Below are positions 57,701 through 64,000 of a DNA stretch of 64,000 nucleotides, in pieces. The first letter of the stretch is position 1, and each line of letters opens with the position of its first letter. This stretch comes from a virus: positions 5,609 to 69,608 of the IMG/VR virus record IMGVR_UViG_3300000176_000008; one strand, 5' to 3'. A model generated the notes under the pieces. That model ran no database searches. It had not been told where the DNA came from and was given only the letters and a program-made list of their open reading frames with translations. The translations under genes were made by a program, and so were the position numbers.

Positions 57701-60700
57701 TTGGCATCTGATACACCAACGGGGCAAGGACACGGATATAGCATAGATCTATCATCTGATGGAACCGTATTGGTATCCGGCTCGCCTTATTTTGATCCAA
57801 ATGACGGTGCCGGTCGTGTATTTGTCTACAATGTTAACAACAAAAATCTTTCACTATTGACTCAATATGATCCAGATTTTGACAATGGTCTAGGATTAGG
57901 CTATTCTGTAGCCTATGATAGTCTACCTTATTCAACATCAGCTTATGGATTAATCTTTGCGGGCGCTCCAGGATCTTCTAGTAATAGGGGTGCTGTAAAA
58001 ATCAGTGGCATTAATCAGTATCTAGAAGAACAGTCTCTAGTAGTAATAACAGGCCCTGAAGCAAACGGTAATTTTGGTTCTAGCTTATTTGTACAAAAAA
58101 ATGTTGCCAGTAAAACAATGCTGGTGGGAGCACCTAATGCAAACTCCACCGGTGCTGTACACCAATACAAGGTTGAAGGTGTTCCTTTAACAGCAACATC
58201 TCGTAGTACACTAACACCAGTGGGTATCAGTTTATCGAGCGGCGATCAATGGGGTTATTCGATTAGCGGTGCAGACAACGGCAGTTATGTTGCAATTAGT
58301 GCCCCGGGGCATTCGACGGGAATTGTTTCTGTATTCAATTATTTTTACTATCAATCACAATTGATTACATCGCCATTTGAGAATGGACAAGCATTTGGAA
58401 CAACAGTTCATGTATCAACAGCTGGCAATTATTTGTTTGTTTCGGATCCTTATGCATATAATTCAATTGATGCAAAAGGGCAGGTCGCTGTGTATGCTAA
58501 TGTTAATGGAATATTTACATTAACACAGGTTATAACAAATCCTAGTGCAGATGGTAATTCAAATTTTGGTATTTCTATTGATGTAAATTCTTCAGTTGAT
58601 CATTTAATTATTTCGTCTAAAGGTACATTTGAAACCACAACATCCTTTGATCAAGGTACTGATATTTTTGATCAAGGATCTACAACTTTTTATGATAGTG
58701 TAACTGATTCAGGAGCAGTTTATCTATATGTTAGACAAGATTCTAGATTTGTATATGCACAAGAAATTGCTTCTTCCGACTTTAATACATTGTCAGGAAG
58801 TAATTACGGTAATAGTCTAGCAATGAGCAGCGACAATACTATCTATGTGGGTGCTCCTTCGGCTAGTAATCATTCGGCTATTAGCGGAATTGTTCAGTTT
58901 GATGTTATAGACGCTGCTGTTAACGGATTAAAACAGCTACGCGTTCAAGAAGATTTAACAGTTATTGATACAGTTAAGAAAATAACTTTACTTGATACAT
59001 TTAAAGAAGATGTTTTAGAATATCTAGAGTTTATTGATCCTATAAAAGGAAAGATTTCTGGAACTGCTGAACAAGAGTTAACTTATAAGTTGATCAGTGA
59101 CCCTGCTATATATTCTATAGGTACTGCTGGGGTCAATGTTGATACTAATAAAAACTGGTTAGATGCTCACGTAGGTGAACTATGGTGGGATCTAAGCACT
59201 GCAAAATTTATATGGTATGAACAAGGCGAATTAGAATATCGTAAAAACAACTGGGGTAATCTGTTCCCGGGGGCTACTATCGATGTCTACGAATGGGTAG
59301 GATCTACATTACTACCTAGCGAGTGGAGTTCCCAAGCAGATACTCCTGCAGGCCTAACACAAGGAATCAGCGGCCAACCTAAATTTGCCGACAATAGTTC
59401 AATTAGTGTTAAACAGGTATATGATCCGATAACTAGCACATTCAGTAATGTATATTTTTACTGGGTTAAAAATAAAATCACTGTTCCTAATGTTGCAGGT
59501 CGTAGAATAAGTTCTTATCAAGCGGCCAGTGTTATTGCGGATCCTACTGCCTACGGATTGCATTATGCTGCATTTATATCTAGAAATGCCATTGCATTGA
59601 GCAATGTCGGCAATTTGTTAATTGGAGATAGAATCAATCTTAATGTGTCTCAAGATACTATTAATAATTCTATTCCACTGCATACATCGTGGTTGTTGTT
59701 ACAAGAAGATTCTGCAGCCAGTATGCCGAGCTCGTCGCTAGAGCAAAAATTATTTGATAGTCTACTAGGACACGATAGTTTGGGTAATATTGTACCCGAT
59801 CCTGCCCTATCTTCTCGCACTCGTTACGGAATAGAGATTCGACCTCGCCAAACAATGTTTGTCGATAGAATAAAGGCTTTGCGTAATGTTATTGAATTTG
59901 CAAATTCGGTACTGACCGCTACCATAATAACCAGCAATTATAGTCTTGCCAATTTAGAAGCACAAGAAAATTATCCAGACGTTAGTTTAAATCTTTATGA
60001 TCAACTAGTAGAAGATAATTATGCCTTTGATCGAATTGATACCAGTATCTTTGTTAAAGCAGAAATAGAATTTACTGTAAATCAAAATGGCAATGTTACC
60101 GGTGTTAGCATTTTAAATGCAGGAAATGGATATGGAGCATTAAATCCTGCATATGATAATACAGGATCTCAGATTGGTTATCAAGGACCTGCATTTACTG
60201 ATTTAGATAACCCACTAAATAACCCTCGTGGGTCGGGATTAAAAGTATCCTCGGTTGTAAATGCACAAGGGCAGATAATTTCTGTAAGTATTATTAACCA
60301 AGGATCGGGATATGCAAGTAATTTTACAGCATCGCCGAGAGTACATACTGTCATTGTATTAAATGATTCTACTTATAACGGTAAATGGTCTGAATTTATC
60401 TTCACTGATGGTGCTTGGCTACGTTATCATACTCAGCAATACAACACGACCTTATATTGGAATTATGTAGATTGGGTAAGTGCTGATTATAAACCTTATA
60501 GAGACTATGCATATACCGTGGGCAATGTCTATGATCTCGTAACTCTAAATTTAAACATTGGCGATTATGTCAAGGTATTAAATGGCGGCAATGGAAATTA
60601 TATAATACTTGAATATATTGATCCTGCAACAACACAGGGAACATTCAGCGACAATTTTAATTTGCTCTATAGTCAAAATGGAACTATAAAGTTATTAGAT

Positions 60701-62860
60701 TCTATATGGAGTGCATCATACGGGTTTAATAATAATGACACCTATGATCAAACCTTATACGATCAAACTCCTGATATTGAAATAAAATATATTCTAACAG
60801 CATTAAGAGATGATATATTCATCAACGAATTAAGAGTCAATTGGAATTTGTTGTTCTTTGCAGCAGTAAAATATGCTCTGTCTGAGCAAAAGATGCTGGA
60901 CTGGGCATTTAAGACTTCGTTTATTAATGTTACTAATAATGCTGTAAATCTAGGCCAACCGCCTGTATACAAATTATTAGATGATGCATATTTCCAACAG
61001 TATGTTGAAGAAGTAAAACCATACCACACTCAGATAAGAACATTTGTAACCAACTATCCTTTAGTAGATAATTCTAATAGTAAATTTACTGATTTTGACT
61101 TCCCGTCGTACTATAATTCAGATAGTGCTAAATTTGTTGCCCAAACAGTATCTACTTCAACAGTTGAATTTAATCCAGTAAGAGAAATGAATATCGAAAT
61201 GAAGTTCGATCGAGTTTCGGTAGTAAATCAAATTGGTAACACTTCTACAGTTGATACTTTTGTATGTGATGGATTTAGTAAGGCCTATACATTATCTTGG
61301 GCTGCTAAACCTGATAGATCTAAAATAAAAATTCTTCTAGGCGGAATATTGGTTCAGTCTGCTGATTATACCTTAAAGAATTATATTAAACTAGTTAACG
61401 GGTATAACAAACATTATACTGATCTTGTATTCTTGACAATTATTCCTGCACAAGGTACAAAGTTAATAGTGCATTATGATAAGAGCTATGATCTATATAA
61501 TGCTGCCGATCGCATTTATAACCTATATGCTCCTACAGAGGGTATGCCGGGGGTTGACCCTGATCAATTAATGGTAGGTGTTAGCTTCCCAGGAGTTGTA
61601 GTTGGCGGGCAATATGAAGGCATTGGATTTAAAAATCCCTATGGCGGCTACAAACCCGATAGCTATATTCAAGGCGGCACCTGGACTGATGGCACTATTA
61701 TGGATGCTCTTGGAGTAAATCCTGCTGATATTACACTAGATGGTGAATACGGATTCGTAACTCCTAACTCTAGTTATGCTCCTGAAGAGTTAATGCCGGG
61801 GCATATAACTGATACACTTGGTATTAATGTTTATACCAGATCAACTTCAACAGTTTTAGGATATCGTATATTCTATGATATTTTAGGTAATACATCATTT
61901 ACAAGAATAAATCGAGATGCTTCTACTCGATTGGCAAACCCATTGTCTTTTACCAATACTGAAATTTTTATAGAATCAGTGACTGGTTTTACACCACCGG
62001 ATATTGTAACCAATACTCCGGGAGTTGTATTAATCAACGATGAACGTATTGAATACTTCTCGTCATCGGCGACCAATGGTGTGCACGTTTTAAGTCAACT
62101 GCGTAGAGCAACATACGGAACTGGTATCAATATGTCATTGCCTGCTGGCACTACAGTATTTGATCAAGGGTCATATCAATCCCTATCATATTCTGATGTG
62201 ACATTAATTCAAAATACATTTACCAACACACTAACATACCAATACAGTATTTTCTCAAATTCTTTATCGAATAAGACATATCCTAATTCAACTGCTACAA
62301 TTAGGTTTGATGGAATTACATTACCTACTACTTACTCAACAGGTCAACGACCTGAAGATACTCTACAAGTTTATTATGCAGGCTATTTGTTAAGAAAGTC
62401 AGGAAGTTATGTAACTGATACAACTTCTACTTATGACAGCTTGCCGATGTCTAGTATTGTTGGATCTGTTGATAATTTAACTACATTAGGTCAAACATCG
62501 TCTGAAATCGGCAATGCATATCTTGTAACATCTACTAATCAAGTTTGGGTCTTTACAGGTAACGGTTTTGAAAGTGCTCTTGCTCCGGGTTATATCTATG
62601 CAGGCATGAAATACTTGCCACCGGATTTCACAATTAATACGGTCACTTCGTCCGTTGTATTAAACACTGCTACAGTGACTCTACAAGATAACATTAGATT
62701 AACCTTTGTCAAAACTATGACCAGTGCTACTAATGCTTGGAATGACGGTGATGGCGGTCAGCCTGTGTCAATTACTAGCAGTACTTCGACTATACCGTCA
62801 TTCTTAAAAGATGGTAGAGCAATGCTTCCAAATAATAGATATTACGGGCAAATATCGTAG
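51710..62860 (+). CDS. Giant (3716 aa) baseplate wedge/structural protein with FG-GAP-like propeller repeats and small carbohydrate-binding-like modules
   Basis: Follows gp6 (gp7-like position). Contains GYS/FGSS...GAP repeats at ~57.7-58.9 kb, WxxxxxYxxGDVVYYNGNYY modules and a VKPYHT motif. Confidence 0.7.
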   Translation: MTTATIRSVNFLPITLQTDRNAKFLASTLDQMIQPAQLERIDGYIGSKLTPTYNSTSDVYIAENTELRRDYQLDPALVTRDALSNIQDVQGYDDLINELGVKGANTNNLDRLFRSEIYSYNPHIDWDKLVNYQHYYWMGTDTTEVIEIITPGLDVDRDIVGQPSYTFTATVTGLNVTLSNGMIVTFSNPEVNKKYWRNEYYVEGVGTSITLVLLDDLVVSANTYTEYVSYSSVYRDQFDGDSFANFGFDSNRRLPVNPEYITINRASPDLNPWSRYNRWVHRDVIIASAAANGIPPVLPADKRAQRPIVEFNAGIQLYNFGSIGIEPVDFIDTTSVFPFNDIDGVLVNPRTGLSLVYVDGVMLEPGHRIIFNAAEDPRIVGKIYEVVFVSINGKLTVTLQPTYDNVPSVSDVVTITNGSTYAGSSWWYNGSTWIFAQQKTKLNQAPLFDLFDESGNSYSDTDYYLDNFTGNQIFGYQVGTGEADPYLGFPLSYRNINAIGSFLFANYFSNDKINVVINSLESYSIPTSITYFKVGNNFYNIWDSVPNYHLPILQVTTPKFSTSTIQLTSVNSPLLDKDLITDVYLNNSQIKLTNDKYSITTSSVGGYFINFNNTLTNSDVVLIEAYTSQTPTNSGYYLESLSLTNNPLNGSISSFTLSELTEHVNTMINKLPNYQTTMLGGTNLRDMGNYSHLGTQLISNANPISFAHMFIGKKEHSIIDAITKASDQYNQFKFGLINQLTKSSNQTDTIAALDQALTTMNVSQGPLSPYYQSDMLAYGNDAKLRSWVVADINVTSYPLFTEFDLNSLSQRSVLVYVNGKQLVYGRDYTFDTVDPLVNILIKLNFGDKILLKDYADTRGSFIPPTPSKLGLYPKYVPSIFIDTTYVVHQRVIQGHDGSITVAYGDYRDDAILEFEKRVYNNIKVGYNPDLLDVNTIIPGAFRTTDYSIDEINAIVTEDFTRWAGKYSIDYTDNTKFFSASTPKTWNYSKSYSSLLDSPVSGSWRSLFKYFYDTDRPHICPWEMLGFSVMPDWWEDRYGPAPYTSGNGILWNDLEQGYIADGPTKGVHAFYARPGLSEIIPVDDYGKLLSPIDNLVTAGAPPDIRRDWQAGDQGPQETAWRRSSYWPFALQKLLALTRPLVYASYMYDPSRMFKNSAGQWTYGSEYKFLNINSVPIFEKNNALTNGYSVLVSEVGQQRSTNYLNELQQDLSYANYNLFFKVGGFVDQSTLQVIIDAYEPTTRDPGALLPNQNYTLRLNSSNPILSLGVSGIIIEKNNGNFVIKGYDTQEPYFNCYAPLRNSNTRTITIGGVTEPYVTWSPSGSQGATGLSTEQVTTAKAGNSTNFYPVGQIVQYGSNYYRVTVAHQAEQVFNSALYQILPSLPTKGGATVQIALNFNPTPTRVLYGTEFTSIQEVYDFILGYGRWLTDQGFIFDEHNIDLDVVLDWNFSANEFLFWSTQNWGDTSVLTISPFADKIKFQADRVVVDNLFNNFYQYSILKADGNPYPQKDLTISRLNGLCTIATLPNTAGIYFARLNCIQKEHGIIFDNKDDFGDVIFNIETGSRQHRMKLVGFRTANWNGDIYSPGFIYDQAITSVWSPYVSYRPGDVVYYNGNYYSAINAIGATPAFDATQWNTLTGKPKPKLLPNFNYKTNQFQDFYSLDIDNFDVGQEKMAQHLTGYTPRVYLNNVFTDPIAQYKFYQGFIKEKGTENAIAKLGKASLQNLQGDITYNEEWAFRVGHYGSYSTYQEIEIPLTEGTFIENPQIISLVDSVPTSNPNDSIHYVTPSDLEILPKNYTASQSFITTSTTDIIKLLSAGYVRLDDVTATAYNENSLLDIANNNKLNSGDTVWLGFTQDGNWDVLRYTKSPAQVVGVYVSSPVSRITFTTDRAHNLSAGTVVSVVNFNGQVDGVYIVQEIPQYTQFSVASTLASITNAPLLSPGQLFEFVSARYTSFDALPSDADLYLNNEGSLYWVDGAQDGSTPWAVYEKVNNYTSEAYLASDTPTGQGHGYSIDLSSDGTVLVSGSPYFDPNDGAGRVFVYNVNNKNLSLLTQYDPDFDNGLGLGYSVAYDSLPYSTSAYGLIFAGAPGSSSNRGAVKISGINQYLEEQSLVVITGPEANGNFGSSLFVQKNVASKTMLVGAPNANSTGAVHQYKVEGVPLTATSRSTLTPVGISLSSGDQWGYSISGADNGSYVAISAPGHSTGIVSVFNYFYYQSQLITSPFENGQAFGTTVHVSTAGNYLFVSDPYAYNSIDAKGQVAVYANVNGIFTLTQVITNPSADGNSNFGISIDVNSSVDHLIISSKGTFETTTSFDQGTDIFDQGSTTFYDSVTDSGAVYLYVRQDSRFVYAQEIASSDFNTLSGSNYGNSLAMSSDNTIYVGAPSASNHSAISGIVQFDVIDAAVNGLKQLRVQEDLTVIDTVKKITLLDTFKEDVLEYLEFIDPIKGKISGTAEQELTYKLISDPAIYSIGTAGVNVDTNKNWLDAHVGELWWDLSTAKFIWYEQGELEYRKNNWGNLFPGATIDVYEWVGSTLLPSEWSSQADTPAGLTQGISGQPKFADNSSISVKQVYDPITSTFSNVYFYWVKNKITVPNVAGRRISSYQAASVIADPTAYGLHYAAFISRNAIALSNVGNLLIGDRINLNVSQDTINNSIPLHTSWLLLQEDSAASMPSSSLEQKLFDSLLGHDSLGNIVPDPALSSRTRYGIEIRPRQTMFVDRIKALRNVIEFANSVLTATIITSNYSLANLEAQENYPDVSLNLYDQLVEDNYAFDRIDTSIFVKAEIEFTVNQNGNVTGVSILNAGNGYGALNPAYDNTGSQIGYQGPAFTDLDNPLNNPRGSGLKVSSVVNAQGQIISVSIINQGSGYASNFTASPRVHTVIVLNDSTYNGKWSEFIFTDGAWLRYHTQQYNTTLYWNYVDWVSADYKPYRDYAYTVGNVYDLVTLNLNIGDYVKVLNGGNGNYIILEYIDPATTQGTFSDNFNLLYSQNGTIKLLDSIWSASYGFNNNDTYDQTLYDQTPDIEIKYILTALRDDIFINELRVNWNLLFFAAVKYALSEQKMLDWAFKTSFINVTNNAVNLGQPPVYKLLDDAYFQQYVEEVKPYHTQIRTFVTNYPLVDNSNSKFTDFDFPSYYNSDSAKFVAQTVSTSTVEFNPVREMNIEMKFDRVSVVNQIGNTSTVDTFVCDGFSKAYTLSWAAKPDRSKIKILLGGILVQSADYTLKNYIKLVNGYNKHYTDLVFLTIIPAQGTKLIVHYDKSYDLYNAADRIYNLYAPTEGMPGVDPDQLMVGVSFPGVVVGGQYEGIGFKNPYGGYKPDSYIQGGTWTDGTIMDALGVNPADITLDGEYGFVTPNSSYAPEELMPGHITDTLGINVYTRSTSTVLGYRIFYDILGNTSFTRINRDASTRLANPLSFTNTEIFIESVTGFTPPDIVTNTPGVVLINDERIEYFSSSATNGVHVLSQLRRATYGTGINMSLPAGTTVFDQGSYQSLSYSDVTLIQNTFTNTLTYQYSIFSNSLSNKTYPNSTATIRFDGITLPTTYSTGQRPEDTLQVYYAGYLLRKSGSYVTDTTSTYDSLPMSSIVGSVDNLTTLGQTSSEIGNAYLVTSTNQVWVFTGNGFESALAPGYIYAGMKYLPPDFTINTVTSSVVLNTATVTLQDNIRLTFVKTMTSATNAWNDGDGGQPVSITSSTSTIPSFLKDGRAMLPNNRYYGQIS

Positions 62861-62897
62861 ATAAAAATACTACATAATACTAATCATAAATACTGCT

Positions 62898-63539
62898 ATG
62901 GAAAATATAAACACTATGACATCTAAACCAAATGAATTAAGCGGAGTCCATGTTCGCGGACATATTAAAATTTCTGACGTTACAGAAAAGGACAATGTTG
63001 TTGTTCTAGTAGATAAAGCCAATGCTATTCATTATGAAAATTTTAGTATTGCAATGGCTAATAGTCTTAGCAATCAAGGTTTTGGCACTATTGAAGGAAT
63101 GGCATTCGGCAATGGTGGTAGTCGTGTAGATGATACTGGTATTATTACATATCTTACACCTAACAATTTAGGATCTGCTGCTAGTTTATATAACCAAACA
63201 TATTACAAAACTGTAGATGCTCAACAAAGTTATGATCTAGATCCTGCTAGAAACTTCATGCAGGTGCGACATGTTGCTGGTGCATACTATAGCGATATTT
63301 TAGTTAATTGCTTGCTAGACTTTGGCGAGCCAAATGGGCAATTAGCCTTTGATAATTCTGTTAACTCTGATGGTACTTATGTATTTGACGAATTGGGATT
63401 ACGAGCATTTAGTCCTAACGGTCAGGGAACAGGCCCTCTTTTAACTCATGTAATTTTTCACCCTGTACAAAAGTCTTTGAATCGCGTAATTCAAATTGAT
63501 TACACAATTCGAGTGCAGAGCTTAACACCTGGAATGTAA
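62898..63539 (+). CDS. Conserved baseplate-module structural protein
   Basis: 213 aa with GHIKI...NAIHYEN...FDELGL...LLTHVIFHPVQKSLNR; preceded by TAAATA. Confidence 0.7.
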   Translation: MENINTMTSKPNELSGVHVRGHIKISDVTEKDNVVVLVDKANAIHYENFSIAMANSLSNQGFGTIEGMAFGNGGSRVDDTGIITYLTPNNLGSAASLYNQTYYKTVDAQQSYDLDPARNFMQVRHVAGAYYSDILVNCLLDFGEPNGQLAFDNSVNSDGTYVFDELGLRAFSPNGQGTGPLLTHVIFHPVQKSLNRVIQIDYTIRVQSLTPGM

Positions 63540-63542
63540 TCT

Positions 63543-64000
63543 ATGTCGTATACCATTTACAATAATACAGGTACAATTTTAACAATTATTCCTTCTGGAA
63601 AAGTTGATACTGTTAGCTCGAGCCTGACACTAGTAGGAAAAGATGTATACAATTACGGTACTTACTATAATCAAAATTTAATTACTTTATTATCTAACTC
63701 TGCAAATATAACTGTTAGACCACCAAATGCTCCTATACAAGGGCAATTATGGTATGATACTACATACAAAAAGATGAAAGTGTATGATGGTAAATTCACT
63801 TCTGTGGGGGCTGCAACATTGGCAACTTCAGAACCTGGTGGATTATCTGCAGGAGACCTTTGGTTCAATCCAGGTACTGGTGTTTTAAATCTCTATGACG
63901 GAGTAGAATATCGTGCAATCAGTGCCTGTGGTGGTGGTGTCTCTGGACCTACAGGGCCGGCCGGCCCGAGTGGTCCTACTGGCGGATGTGGCCCTGTAGG
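63543..64000 (+). CDS. Baseplate-anchored fibre protein with collagen-like G-X-Y repeats, truncated at the window end
   Basis: Not in the ORF track. ATG at 63543 reads MSYTIYNNTG...LVGKDVYNYG...GQLWYDT...GDLWFNP...GPTGPAGPSGPTGGCGPV and stays open to 64000. Confidence 0.8.
   Translation, partial: MSYTIYNNTGTILTIIPSGKVDTVSSSLTLVGKDVYNYGTYYNQNLITLLSNSANITVRPPNAPIQGQLWYDTTYKKMKVYDGKFTSVGAATLATSEPGGLSAGDLWFNPGTGVLNLYDGVEYRAISACGGGVSGPTGPAGPSGPTGGCGPV

Noticed and set aside
1-64000. tRNA, tmRNA, rRNA, integrase or transposase genes
   Set aside because: No cloverleaf/T-loop signatures or recombinase motifs were seen in the few intergenic gaps or in the ORFs.

Overview
This window is a 64-kb segment of a large T4-related (myovirus-type, probably jumbo) dsDNA phage, made up almost entirely of virion morphogenesis genes. 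From 1 to 21.7 kb (minus strand) it holds a cluster of fibre/adhesin genes: an Ig-repeat protein truncated at the left edge, Gly/Thr-rich beta-fibres and a beta-helix protein with helical inserts. From 22 to 31.7 kb (minus) are a free-standing GIY-YIG endonuclease, major capsid protein, scaffold, prohead protease, portal and a probable tape measure. From 31.8 to 40.6 kb are gp26/gp51-like tail chaperones, putative internal head proteins, a ~430-nt densely structured non-coding region, two GIY-YIG genes, the gp46/gp47 recombination nuclease and a gp55-like late sigma factor. From 40.7 to 64 kb (plus) is the baseplate module (gp53-, hub-, gp5-, gp25- and gp6-like genes, a 3716-aa wedge protein and a truncated collagen-like fibre). 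TAAATA late-promoter motifs, sigma70 promoters and UUCG terminators are visible. The most interesting signals are: phycobiliprotein-like C-x-R-D helical repeats in a virion protein; a candidate large ncRNA or origin downstream of a GIY-YIG gene; a candidate -1 frameshift fusing the gp26- and gp51-like ORFs; a homing-endonuclease cassette that replaced its host gene's C-terminus; and connector motifs plus Cys enrichment in the fibre cluster. All family assignments come from motif recognition by eye; no database searches were run.
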